A DNA stretch of 55,526 nt, filler included, from Sphacelaria rigidula (taxonomy: Eukaryota): NCBI GenBank assembly GCA_964200075.2. It is 2 parts of 2 records of this genome, joined end to end, with 100 filler letters (N's around TTAATTAATTAA, not from the genome) between each part and the next. Parts side by side here need not be neighbours in the genome. Positions count along the whole stretch, not along the records: positions 1 to 27,716 come from CAXNAA020000111.1; positions 27,817 to 55,526 come from CAXNAA020000112.1. One strand, given 5' to 3'. Numbering within the stretch: the first letter of the stretch is position 1; each line of letters opens with the position of its first letter. The notes beneath the pieces are model-generated. The model made no database searches. It was given only the letters and a program-made list of their open reading frames with translations, and had not been told where the DNA came from. Shown here in pieces: positions 24,786 to 36,899 of this stretch. The position numbers were made by a program, and so were the translations under genes.

Positions 24786-26060
24786 GGAAACATGTACACT
24801 TGATTCATCTCGTATGAATCGAAGGGAGGGAACATGTGCGTACTATTTATGCTGCATGAACGAAGATTGGGGAACATGTACGCTTGATTCACGCTTGATT
24901 CACCTCGTACGTATGAAAGGTGGAGAACATGTACGTGTGATTCATGCTGCATGAACGGAAATTGGGGAACATGTATGTGTGATTCACCTCGTACGAATGG
25001 AAGGTGCAGATCGCGTGGCTATGATTCATCCTGCACGGATGAAAGGGGAGACACGTGTAGGCTTGATTCACCTCGTATGAATGGAAGGTAGAATACATGT
25101 ATATATATGATTTACGCAGTGTGAATCATAGGAAAATAAACAACTAGAAGAATCACCCCAGGCGCGCAGATGCGTGCTGTGCTATGCTGTACCGTACTGC
25201 CCGCGGACTGCAGAGTACGCTGCCGGAGATTCCCCGGAACCTCCCGCGAGAATGCGAGGACAACTCGTGCTGGTGCCGTGTTCTTCGCAAGTGTTCGTGG
25301 TATTGTATGCAGTATGTTCAGGTCAAGTGTCCCACAGAACACAACGTGCAACCACAAAAGGCTGTCAATAGCATAGCTCGGGGGGGCGGAAACTGGCTGG
25401 AAACAACGCTCTGGGCACGCAGACACGTGTGTCGTACTGTAGTTGTTTTACGTGTGAGAAAAAAATTGAAATTCGGTCCTTTGAAGATTTGGCTTTTGAG
25501 GGGTTCGCGACCTGTACGCTCTTATTTGCCTCCCCCACCTGCAACAGGGCCGCGCCACCGAAGAGTCGCGCCCCATGAAATGACAGGTGGGAAAGAATAT
25601 GTTCACATGATTTATATCCAATAAACAAGAGGTGGAGAACATGTACGCATGATTCACGCTGCATAAATGAAAAGTGGGAAACAGGTACTCTTGACCCATC
25701 TTGAATGCACGGAAGGTAGGCAACATATACTGTACGTATGATTCATGCCGCATGAATGGAAATTGGGAAACATGTACGCTTGATTCGCCTCGGATGAGTG
25801 GAAGGTTGGGAACATGTACGCATGATTCATGCTGCATCAACGTAAATTGAGAATTATGTACGCTTGATTCACCTCGTATGAATAGAATGTGGAGAACGCG
25901 TGCCCATGATACTTGCTGAATGAATGGAAACTGGGAAACATGTACCAACGACTCACGCCATACGAATGGAGGATAGGAAACGTGTACCTTCGACGGTGTA
26001 CCGCACGAATCACGAACCCAAAACATGTACCGTACTTCAGAGTACAAATCACACCTTTTG
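24786..26060. repeat. 42-bp tandem array (GGAACATGTACGCTTGATTCA...) with alternating A/B units, split by an insertion at 25144-25590
   Basis: Recurring GGAACATGTA...TGATTCA at 42-bp spacing in two blocks (24786-25130 and 25590-26060). Confidence 0.85.
25144..25580 (-). mobile_element. Non-autonomous Helitron-like element
   Basis: The minus strand ends in a GC hairpin (GCACGCA-TC-TGCGCGC), then ...CTTCTAG followed by T. Its other end (25470-25560) is shared with 49949-50040 and 52425-52497. Confidence 0.55.
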
Positions 26061-26449
26061 TACGAACCGTATGATTGATTTGCACAAACATTGAATATGA
26101 GTCGAATCACGATTTCATTCGTCCGAACCGTAAGCCATCGTTTGTTGATAAGCCCATGCAATTTACACAACACAACCTGGTGCAAGGAACAAACAAACCG
26201 GCACTCACTCCCTCATCACCATGTTTTGAGATGTTGAACTTCAAATTTCAAATTTCAAATTTCAAATTTCAAATTTTGAACCAGAAATTCTTGGCCATCT
26301 TCCACCACCGACCTGTAACTTTACGCACATCGCACAGCCTCGTATCGCAGGTCACAATCAAAAGGCAAGGGGCTGTTTCTTTCGTGACAAGATACTTCAG
26401 CAAACTTACGCTCGAAAATTCCCAACCAAGTGACACAGGAGAAGGATGA

Positions 26450-27716
26450 AGAACGAAGAATGCAGTGATGCACTGCATGCAGCACCGCGTGATGTACTGT
26501 ACACTTGTTAACTGTCATTGCACTTCCTCTGCGTACGAGTACAACCTGTTGAAGTGCGATTTCAGTCGCGACAACTGTCATGCATAGATGTAGTAGAGCC
26601 TTCCGACAACAGAGAGGCGGGAAGGCAAAACGTATTGGGTACTACTCACCATTCTTGATGAAAGGTGTAGTGCAACCCCAGCATGCTCCCACAACGAGAA
26701 AACTCAGCGCAGTCGTTACCGACATGACCAAAACCAACAACAGATCTCCAATACTGATGTCTCTCCGGGAAGGGATCCCTGTTAATAACACGTACTGGCG
26801 TCATGACCCAACATCCATGTTTTAACTTACTTCGCTGGGTGTATTTCGTTACCGATATTGTTTGAGCCACCAAGTCGACATCATTTGTGATATCTTGAAG
26901 AGTCACTGGAAGTCAGTAACCCTTTTTCGAATACATGCAATGGTAAGGTAGAATGCAACGCGTAAGAGCCCTCCAATCACGGGTCTGAGCAGTCACCCTA
27001 AAACTGCTTAGAAGACGCGAGCATGGATCCGCAGACACCATCAACGACTGCAGCTTGACTACAGCGTCAGTAAACGTTGCGGCTTCAATTGTTGCAACTT
27101 CGATCGTTGCGACTGGGGTGAAAGAGGAAAAAAAAGCACAATGCGTCTTCTAAGATTGAAAATGGCAAGTTCCTTGGGCGCTCGGATAGGACTGTGCATC
27201 AGACACGCGCCGAGTAGGCCGATGCTACTGCCACCGTGTTTCACAGCCGTTGCTAAGGTAGCGACATCATGTGCTACTGAGGTAACACCCGCTACTAGCC
27301 CATCCTTGACTGGCCTAGCAGGTTTGTAATCGTGTATTTAGAGCCGTGAGTGTGCCTTGGAGTTTTGAGAAAAGAACATGGATTTGCATTGGTAGGTTTG
27401 CATTTGGTTGTACATGGATTTGCGGTCGTGCTGGCCGTATACCCTTGGGAGCGGAAGATACCACCCCCTGTTCAAAGTGTAACATGCAAGAAGTATGTAC
27501 AGTAGTCAGCATCAGAAGTTTTCAGAATTCGTTGTTGTCCTTTTTTCTGAGTTTTTCTGGAGTGCCGTTCTGCACTATTACTTGAAAGTACTAGCGCCAG
27601 TAGATTTAGGGAGAAAGCGTAGGCTGCGCTCAAACTGCAGTGCTCAAGTTGGTGTTTTTGGGGCGATACGGACTTGATACCCCGTTTATCAGGAGGGTGG
27701 TATTGACCGTTGGTGG
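26450..27716 (-). mobile_element. Possible degenerate DNA-transposon (hAT-like N-terminal) remnant
   Basis: Broken minus-strand coding-like sequence with BED-like 'IYWR*YFQVIV...VHTSCMLH'. Weak. Confidence 0.2.
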
Positions 27717-27816
27717 NNNNNNNNNNNNNNNNNNNNNNNNNNNNNNNNNNNNNNNNNNNNTTAATTAATTAANNNNNNNNNNNNNNNNNNNNNNNNNNNN
27801 NNNNNNNNNNNNNNNN
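27717..27816. other. Assembly linker: 44 N + TTAATTAATTAA + 44 N
   Basis: Exactly 100 bp with a central six-frame-stop palindrome. This is an artificial contig join. Confidence 0.95.
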
Positions 27817-29048
27817 AATACAAGGAGGATACCACCCATACCCATAACCCAAACAGCCCGCAGAAGAAGGCAAGAAACAAAACATCCACACGGAAAAAGG
27901 GCACCTACACTTCGAAAGATTCGTATGAGACCGATTGAACTACAGGAGGCCTACTTGTACTGGGATCTAAGAAGTCCCCGCGTGTGACCTCTCCGACTAC
28001 TTTGCCACGTACTGGTGTATACACAGAGTAGTAACAACGAGTAAGCCGATAGTCGAAACTGTCGCATAGAACAGAGACCAATCCCAAAATAAATCTACTC
28101 TCTGGAGTGCTGTTCAAAGAGATGCTCTACAGATCCTGCGCACCGGAGACTGAACAACGCTAGATAGAAAGATCCAAAAAAGACAAGAAGAACAACAAAG
28201 GGCAGCCTGATGGCAACGAGGAAGGAAAGCGAGGAACTATGACCTCCCTCGGGTTCCGGTCAAGTAGCATCGTCATGTAAACACAACAGACAGGGCGTAT
28301 CTAGCCTACACACGGCGTAGCGCTATCAGCAAAAAACATGATCTGTTCAGAGTGTCCTATAATCAACCATGAAAACATGGGATGCCATCTGTACGTAGTT
28401 ATTACTGCTCCGATACGTTGATCTCGCTAGTTTGGGGTATGTTCATCTCGCCGATTTCCAGAATACATAACAATGCTTTCGTAAGATTGGGAGTCTAAGA
28501 TACGATTGAGAGTGAACAGCGGTTAATTCATGAATTGAATAATTTTAGAATAATGTTAGTTCCGAAAGGCCCCTCCGGGCCTAAACATGAGGCCCTACAC
28601 GCCTTCTGTAGTAGCTTACCGCTGAACCCTTTGATATCCCTAAGTAGGATTTCGACGTGTAGCAGTATTCACACGACAGTAACAGGTGTAACAAAGCGCA
28701 CACAGAGTGAAGTATTGGTCAAGTTGGAGCGAATGATGGAACTCACTCCCCATCAACGCTTGACTCTCAATGTCATGAAAACATTTTTATGTGCCGTCCA
28801 TGAAGTCCAAGAGGATATCGCAGACGGGTCACTTGTGCCACGCGTGAGACACTCATACTTTGACACAATACTGAAAGCTTTTGCTGTCCAATATTTTCAT
28901 CAGTGCACGCTGCGTTTAGCATCGCGCTTGCACAACCCGCAGGTGTCTCGGTGACAAGCCCTGTCCCTCGTTCTCCCACTCTTGACTGTAGCACAATAAA
29001 GACCTCGACACTCTTTTTTTTTTACTCTCTTCCCCACTAAAAACGTAG

Positions 29049-29261
29049 GTGGACACAGAAAAGTACGACGCTATGTACGAGTTGGAAGAGGTAGAGCGCG
29101 ACTTGGACTCGTTGGAGAGAGCGATCGAGACAAAGAAGCCGTGGAGCGTGAGGGATAGAGAGCACCTTCGACAGCTGCTCGCCGCAGCGCGAGAAACAGC
29201 GAAGGTGTTTCACGCGGAAATCGATGACGGCTCCTTCAGGACCGCAAGATTCAAAGGGGAG
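29049..29261 (+). CDS. LMBRD2: LMBR1-domain membrane protein (LMBRD2-like), internal exon 1 of 7 visible
   Basis: cgtag acceptor and gttagt donor. 71 codons, VDTEKYDAMYELEEVERDLDSLE...FKGE (helical loop), phase 0. Confidence 0.8.
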
Positions 29262-30148
29262 GTTAGTCGAGCTCGTTCGTATGAGAGATCAGCGTTTCGT
29301 TCTGGCGAGTCACAATGCAACGGCAAGTGAGCACGGAAGTGAGGTTGCTTCGCGATACTGTCCAGTGAAATTAGGCAATGTGTGGGAAGTTCCAAGCGTT
29401 TTTTCGCGTGGTATACGTAGGGTTTATGTTTTCGTGGCACGATTGGAACCCTGGGGCACGGGTGTTTCCATGCAGATATCTTACGTGGTGTGTCAGCGCT
29501 TGGGGATGAATGGTCGCCTGGAGGTTAGTCTTCCCTGACATGGACGAACGCTAAATTTGACGGCGCCAAATTAGAGGAAGCTCTTCACCAATCATACTCA
29601 TTGGGATGAGCTTGCTGTGTTATCGACATACAAGTCTTATATGCATTCGTCTATCATCCAAATATCTTGTCCCAGGGTTGGCTCTGTGAGAAACGCGCCA
29701 ACGTATTCACTTACTACTTAGTCGTTGATCTTCGTGCCGTGGCTGCTGCATTCCGATACTTGGGCGATTTCCATTCTGTTTATTTGTTCTTGTCTGGGGC
29801 ATTGTTGTCCTCACGCTGGGGTTGACCATTATCCATCCATCCCTCACCCCCGCGTCCCCCGTCATACTGATGGTACTGTTGCTCCAGTGTTCCCCACCTG
29901 ACTCGAAATTATTGATGATTTTTAGGATCTTTTTATTTCTGCAGTTGGGAGCACCTCCCGTAGTTTGCTCTCGGAGGATGTGCGTCTCACCAACACAAAG
30001 TGATATTCGTAGGGTATGTTCCTACTTCGGGTTCTTCAATCTTTTGAATGCGGGTCTGAATACCGAATACAAGGATGAAATGCGATCAGAAAAGACAAAT
30101 GTACCGCCATCGCCATCGCCACCGCCACCGCCGTGTTTTCGCCATCAG

Positions 30149-30325
30149 CACGGCAGCCAGCGATGGGATGATGGACAAACGCCAGCAGAGGCGTTCAAAG
30201 AGCTGGGGGTGGCTTCTCTCTCCACGAAAGACGCAGCAAGGCTGCACTCCAACCTACGCGCCGCTCAGATGAAGGTCGTAGCCACGAGAATGCGATGGGC
30301 GTCGCTGTTGAGGGAAACAGACACG
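30149..30325 (+). CDS. LMBRD2: LMBRD2-like exon 2
   Basis: catcag acceptor and gtgagg donor. 59 codons, HGSQRWDD...AARLHSNLRAAQMKVVATRMRWASLLRETDT (LH..L...W pattern of the family). Confidence 0.82.
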
Positions 30326-31129
30326 GTGAGGTAACCACGGATGCGACTGGGTGGCTAGATGGCCCAAGTGATACAACCATTGGCTTGGAGTGCAGACGTG
30401 ACGAAGTGTCGGTTGTTGAGTTTTGGTCATGTTCCCAGTCGATGTGCGACAGTGATCCCCACCAGGCTACCCTGTGGTCGATCGGGCGCACGCGTTTGCC
30501 CCACTCAGTGATCGCTTTGGCGGTATTGATTTTTTCTGATTTGCTATCTTCCATTTCGCCTCGGCAAAATGCACGCCCGAACTCACACAACCGTCTGAGG
30601 AACTCGCGATGTGTTCGAAAAATGAGATTCCCTCTTGTCAGTTGTGAATTGTTGTGTCTGTCTTGCTGTGGAGGAACTTTCAACCGAAGCTGAATAAAAC
30701 TGTTGAGGCTGTCGCGGCAGAAGCTTTCTTGTGGAAGCTTGGACGAAGATGGAGTAATATGCCAAAAAATTGCATTCGGTTGTTTATCCAGTGACGATTT
30801 GCTGTACACACGAGATTCCTAGCTGAACCAAGTCCAAAAGCTGAGGGATTGGTGAAAATAAAGGCGAGGTGCACCAACTTAACGATCCACAAACAAAACA
30901 CACAGGAGACTTTCTCCGCACCCCTACTGTCGGCATCGTACGCTCTACTTTCACAGTTACTTAGTGCACCCTGCCCACAGAGGTCCTCAGTCTAAACAAC
31001 AGACAGCTGGCGACGGGCTAAACCCTCGGTCCTTGGACCTATCTCCAAAATCAAATTGTCTGTGTCGACACTTGTGGAACTGTCATACTACCAACTAGTG
31101 CACTTTTGTCATTTTCGAGAACATTCGAA

Positions 31130-31590
31130 TACCACTCCCTTTTGCACACAATCTTCGTAAAAACCCCCTGTTGTTTTGGCTAGTCCCGAGACTGGAACTG
31201 AGCTCACAAAAGCCGAGTTCATGTTTATTGTTTCATGCTCCCTCTCGACTTTGGCTCCCTTCCCGTTTGGCCTCGCGGGAGTAGGCCAATGGGCCCTGCC
31301 TCCAGTAGCCCGAATGGTCGCATGTGATATCAAAACCTGAAGGGCCAGCAGTAGTCCTTTGCTTTCCTCTTTTGTTATTTTTTTCAGTATTTCTATTATA
31401 TTTGTTTTTTTATTTCTCTTGTATTGCATCTGTGTCAATTGTTTCTGGGTCTGATTTATTTCAGGATTTTTATTCCACCCTAGCCCGGGGTAGCTGGCCT
31501 GTGACCACGTAAGGCGTCCGCATGAGATGCCCAGTTTAGAGTACTGCGCAGATATCGAAACGGTTTCTAATGTGAAGACAACAACACAGG
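31130..31590 (+). mobile_element. Non-LTR (LINE/SINE) 3' region with a short CAA tail
   Basis: Shares ~180 bp with the inverted copy at 20463-20640 and ends GACAACAACAC. Confidence 0.7.
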
Positions 31591-32680
31591 TGGTATCTAC
31601 CGTTTTGGCATGTTACACACGAATGGCGATGCACCTGATCTCCCGAGCGCATCCGATATGATGTTCATTCAATTCAATCAATAAGGTATTTACCTATGAC
31701 CCCCCGTTTCTCTCCATCCAGGGTTAATATGGCCCCATCCCGTACCCAAACAGCATGGGGGTGTTATTTACCATTTTTGCCAGTCACATAGGCATTTATG
31801 GACATATGACGATGTCTCTGAACACGAGGGAGACATCGCTAAAGCGAATTCACCCTGCCCTTCTGCTCCATGGCCTTTCCTTCCCCTCATCTTATTTCTC
31901 GACGACAACATCTTCTCTGCGAACAATTTCGGCGGAACGGGTCTTATCCAACGTGTTGGTCATTTGCGGCCTGCCAACAATGAATCAGAATACGTGGTCG
32001 ATACCAATAGAAAGCCCAAAACCTAGGTCAACTACCGATTTTCTTTTGTTTGTTTTATTCCACGAAAGTGCACACCCTGGAAAAGATATTGTTTCATCCT
32101 CTCCCTAAGCACGTGCAGATGTTATCGTCTACCGTCAGGGTCTATATAAATACGAATGGGGATGTCCCTAAGCATGCGGGATATATCGCTAAAACTCATT
32201 CACAGTATCCTACTGCTTCATGACTCCTTCTCTCCCCCATCCCCCTTTCCCAGGATAATATCAACGCATCCTCTCCCCGAAAACTCTCAGAGGAAAGCGG
32301 GTGTCATCCAACGTGTTGACCGTTTGCGACCGGACAGCAAATAATCTGAACGCGTGATCGGTACCGATATAATACCTACAACCTACCCTTACTACTAACG
32401 CATCTTGTTTTCTTTAACGGGGCAAAATATACCCCGGAGAAGGATTTTTTCATCTCTCTCAGTACGCGCTGGCGTTCTAGTCTACTGTCAGCTTGTCACA
32501 ATTACGAATGGCGATGGCGCTGAACACGTGGGAGTGAGTATACGTCCTACTTCGTGATTTGAGATCACCTTTCCCCCCCTCCCCGAAGATCAGACGAGCA
32601 TGTCCCCTCCCCAAACACCCTCGCCCTGAGGGGTTCATTTGACGTATTAGCCGTTTGCGGCAGACTACACGATATTTATA
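31590..32680 (+). repeat. Diverged tandem repeat with a ~350-351-bp period (about three copies plus a partial)
   Basis: Anchors ATGACGATGTCTCTGAACACG (31806), ATGGGGATGTCCCTAAGCATG (32156) and ATGGCGATGGCGCTGAACACG (32507). TCCAACGTGTTG recurs at ~31948 and ~32307. Confidence 0.75.
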
Positions 32681-33063
32681 AAACCATGATGAGGGGTATC
32701 ATCAATACACAAACACCCTCACTATGTACCAGGATAGTCACCGACACCACCGCTCGTTTGCGAGAGGCCAAAATTGTAGATGCCACCCCCAGGGACGCTA
32801 TCCCTGAAGAAGCCATGGGCCCAACCTCCCCATGAGACTTCACCGATGCTGTGAAGATGTTTTCGATATAGCCATGTGTGCCATGCATTGGATTTTGGAC
32901 GCTTGATGAGGTTTTGAATATATTGAAACAGCCGAAACAAAAGCGGCGTACCATTACCCCGCAAGTTGGTCTAATCTCTAATTTCACGTGGATCGGTCAG
33001 GATCCGTCGGTCAAAGTACTGAAACTTCATTCGGTATTTGTGAAACCGAACTTCACCCGACTG

Positions 33064-33392
33064 GTGTGTGTGTGTTGTCGTCCCATCTATTCCGGACGCT
33101 GCTCTACACCTCTCGGTATATGTGGGCGCACCAGCCGGGGTCACACAGAAGGAAGGTCAACACAGGAGGTTCTTCTTTTTCTTCGTTTTTGGTACTCCAC
33201 CTTCCTTCTGCGGTGCTTGCCTTTATTTTTTATCGCGAGAGGGGTTCAGCGGTCCCTTTCCATCGTCGACCGTAAGTTGATCCACTGTTGGGTATGGTGT
33301 AAGAAGAAATCCCAGATTGCTCCGAGATTTGAACCCACGACCCAACCGTCACAAGGTTGCGAAGTTACCAACTGAGCCATCGGGGCGATCGG
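33064..33392 (-). mobile_element. tRNA-derived SINE
   Basis: Minus-strand head GCCCCGATGGCTCAGTTGGTAAC (A box, 33368-33379) and GGTTCAAATCT (B box, 33325-33335), then a non-tRNA body and a (CA)n tail. A second 3' fragment lies at 10835-10925. Confidence 0.85.
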
Positions 33393-35162
33393 CTTCGACT
33401 TGGCCAAAAGTTTTCTATCTGCACTAATTCGATAGCGTGAATGCGATTTCCGGGTTGCCTTTATCGATAATCTGGCTTGAATTCCCCGAATCGCTGATAT
33501 CGGATGTAAAATGGCCATTTTCCAGTGTAAGGGTGGTTGGTATCGCAGTTAACATCTCTGGTTTGACGCCGTGGCCCCGCGAGACTCGAGCCTTGATGAT
33601 CGCGGAAGTGCCCTGTGGTGATGAGAAATGGGACACAATGTCAAGCTGTTTTCTGGATATATGAATATTCTCCGACTAAGTGTGGGCGAAATCTTTGTTG
33701 CTTTCACGGTGTGACATGACCAGACACATCTTGTGCTGTGCACACACTTTTTGATCTGAGTCATTTTTTCATCACACGCAGAGCAAAAGCACGCTGTTGA
33801 CCGTTGGCAGTCAACCCTTGCAGTATCACGACACCAGATTCACAAACAAATGCTACACAGCACGATGGCTGTACTGCCCCGTTCGGTGTCATGTAGGTGT
33901 ACTCAAGCTAAAGTTCGAAGAGTCATTCAGCATGCCTCGGCGCAACATGACAACTTGGACTTCGTAACTTTACTGTGCTGTCTGTACTGCACTGCAGGCA
34001 CTCAGGCTCGGTTGCCCTGAACAAGCCATGATTCCAACACTTGACTTATGAACACTGTTTTGTGCGCGCTGCTGCGGGAGCGTTAGAGGCCGCCCAGGGC
34101 CCCACCCCTGGGCCCTACCGCGGGCTCAGGCTCGTCAACGACAGGATGAGATAAATCGGGCTCGAATCACTTGGGTCGGTGGTCACTGTGCCGTGTTGGC
34201 GGAGATGTATCTGGTGACGGCAAATATTTCGTGTTGAGTTATTGTGCAGCGGGGAATACGGGAAATACAAAGACTGGACAAAATTAATTCGTAATCATAG
34301 AGGAGCCATATGGGCCTTGGGGTTAGGGTCAGGGGAGAGGACGAGAAATAACCAAACATAACGTCGTTTATTTAGTACACGGGATTTGGGATGGGCGATT
34401 AGTCGCACAACACAGGCCGAAATACTGAAATATAGAAGGTGACGCCGCGAGGTTTGTATTGGCCACAGAATGCTGTCACAATCCTCGTTGCTCGCATACA
34501 CAAGCTATAGGTATGTTCAGTGAAGGGGCGCGGAATGATGTTGTTCATCACGCAGAGGCTCATCCTGTCCAACAACGAGGCAGACGGGAGTAGATTTGTG
34601 GATGTGGTAGGGCCGCTGAAGATGAAGCACACCCTTGGCTTTGGGCGCCCAGTTTTCGACCTAAGTCGCCATTGTTTGACTTTGTCCACCCGCCGAAACT
34701 TGACCTTATCGGCGTCTGAAACCGGTGGGACAAGTCAGCACGCTCGCTTTTTTGACATGGGATTTCCACCAGTTCCCTGGCCATGCATGTCAGATCACCA
34801 CCGCTTCATCTACAGCATAAAGTCTGAAGGTGTGTGATAAGGTCATCGGTGCCTTTTGATACCCTTTGGAACTTCACAACTTCCCCAGGATGAAGAAAAC
34901 GCTGAATATTTCGGCTACTTCGCCACCAGAGAAATATGTATCACTATCGATGGGCGTGACCGTAATACACCTGTACTTTTTTCGTCCATGCTTGTCGTGG
35001 AGAACAGTGACCACTTAGAGACTGAGATGAGACGTGATGAGGGTGGTGAACTGAACGCGTGTACAAAAACCTCTCGAGTACACGATAAGAACACCACCGT
35101 CTTTTATTCCTTGTCTGTGAAATGCGTGATTTCGGAATGCTCCGTAACCGATTGTCCATCAG

Positions 35163-35372
35163 CTGGTGTGTCTAGTGGGTGACAACATCCCGTGGGGACC
35201 AGGGCTATGTGACGAGACCCCCGGGGCCACCACGTGGGAGCGTGTAGAGGAGGTGGCGAAGAGGCTTCGCACCCGGCTGGGATGGATTTGGAGAGCTTAT
35301 CTGCGATCCCTATGCTGCAAGGCGGGGGCGATGTTGTGCGCCTTGCTCAGTGGATTGGTTGTGTGGAGTGAG
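35163..35372 (+). CDS. LMBRD2: LMBRD2-like exon 3
   Basis: catcag acceptor and gtgtgt donor. 70 codons ending ...WIWRAYLRSLCCKAGAMLCALLSGLVVWSE (family S..V.WSE transmembrane motif). Confidence 0.9.
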
Positions 35373-35789
35373 GTGTGTGAACTGTACTGTACACTGCGTT
35401 GTACTACACTGTACGCTGCATGTACACGGCACCATACTGTAATGCACGAGTTAATCGTACCCTGGTCTGCACTGGACCTGGACAAGCTCAGATGTGTAGT
35501 CCTTGGTGTCATGTGCTCCGTACATGTTGAGAGTGCAAAAACCTCCGTTCGTTTCGCTTGTTGGTGGTGACGCCGACGTGATCACTCACGTATTGCTGGA
35601 TTGATGCACACTCCTTCAGCAATAAATGGTGTGGTGAATAAATTTATTGCATAAGCAATGCGGCCTCTGCTAGCGAATATCGTGGAGTAAGGCTTGACGA
35701 TACCTGCCGTGTCGATTGGTCCGATTGCACCACGCGATTAATAGTCATACCGTGTACAAAGCTGTCATTCAAATCTCGTTACAGTAGTC

Positions 35790-36250
35790 CCCCCCCTTTC
35801 CGTTTTTTTCGCGGCCTTGATACCTGATGCCATCCTGCTGGGGCCGGCCATTCCTTGTTTCTTGCTGTTTTTTTTTGTCATAGTTTTTATTATCTTCATC
35901 GAGACCGGTCATTCGTGTTACTTCTTTTTCGTTTGGTTCGGTTCGGTTCGGTTCGGTTTGGTTTGGTTTGGTTCGATTTCCTATCCTTTCCCTGTCTTAC
36001 CTTTTTTTAATATTCCTTTTTTGAAAAATATTTTTCTGTTTTGTTCGTCTTTCGTTCTTGTTGAGTTGAGTCCATTTGCTGTATGCTCCCCTTTCTAAAT
36101 TTTCCTTCAGCGAGTGTCCATTTGGTTTACCGTGGGTGCGTCTGTCTTGTTTCCGCGACCGGATTATGATTAATACATTTCAAGGGATCAAGTGATATGC
36201 GACAATCAGTGGATCAATCAATCGATCAATCACTTCATTAATCAACCAGT
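35790..36250 (+). mobile_element. LINE-type 3' end with a pyrimidine-rich tract and (ATCA)n tail
   Basis: Ends GGGATCAAGTGATATGCGACAATCA...ATCAATCAATC, like the copy ending at 47930. Confidence 0.6.
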
Positions 36251-36433
36251 CGATTACTCTTCAGCTGCTGTGGCCCGATAATGCTGATGCTACGTTTAGC
36301 GTGATACGTAAACGTTGAACGACTGACAGATACTACATTCGGAGCTTTCAATTCACAATTCTGCTCGAGTCGAGTTCTGGCCTTTGGGGTCGTCTTGTTT
36401 TGATGTCGGTGTGTCAACCTTGTCCTACGTCAG

Positions 36434-36532
36434 GTGGTGGCGGATATTCCATGGAACTTGAGCCCTTTCGGAATCCTGCTGCGAGCCATGTACGAGAAGC
36501 AGCCTAGTGTCGCGCACGCATTGTCCATGCAG
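36434..36532 (+). CDS. LMBRD2: LMBRD2-like exon 4
   Basis: cgtcag acceptor and gtgagt donor. VVADIPWNLSPFGILLRAMYEKQPSVAHALSMQ (LSPFG motif). Confidence 0.9.
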
Positions 36533-36899
36533 GTGAGTTGAACAAGACCGTTGTTGGTCGGGTCGTTCAGTCGTCGATGACTCCTCGCCGGTACGGTAAA
36601 ATGTGAGTGCTAGTGGTGTGCTTCAAACACCGAAAATATTTTTTGAGCATGCGGCAAACATTCAACACCTTGACTCGCGCAGGATTACAGCTGGGCCGGC
36701 CAAGGAAACCACACTATGTCCGATAGTTACATGTTTTCAACGGCAGTAAGTCAGGGTAAGCTGATTATTTCGTTTTAGTCGGCTGGTCAAGGAGGTCACA
36801 CGGGGCCTTCAAGCATGGGAAGACGCCTAGTTTGTGTCGTGAAGCTCTGATCTCCGTATTTGCGCTTTTTATGTCAGCTTTTGTGTTGGCTTTACTAAA

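Noticed and set aside
25448-26185. 245-aa minus-strand ORF as a real repeat protein
   Set aside because: It runs across the 42-bp array into an unrelated insertion, and the array has frame-breaking indels.
27761-27772. TTAATTAATTAA as a biological palindrome or piggyBac target
   Set aside because: It is embedded symmetrically in Ns, so it is an assembly linker.
33310-33392. tRNA gene
   Set aside because: A and B boxes are present, but the acceptor stem does not close and the sequence continues into a repeat body with a CA tail, so it is a SINE head.
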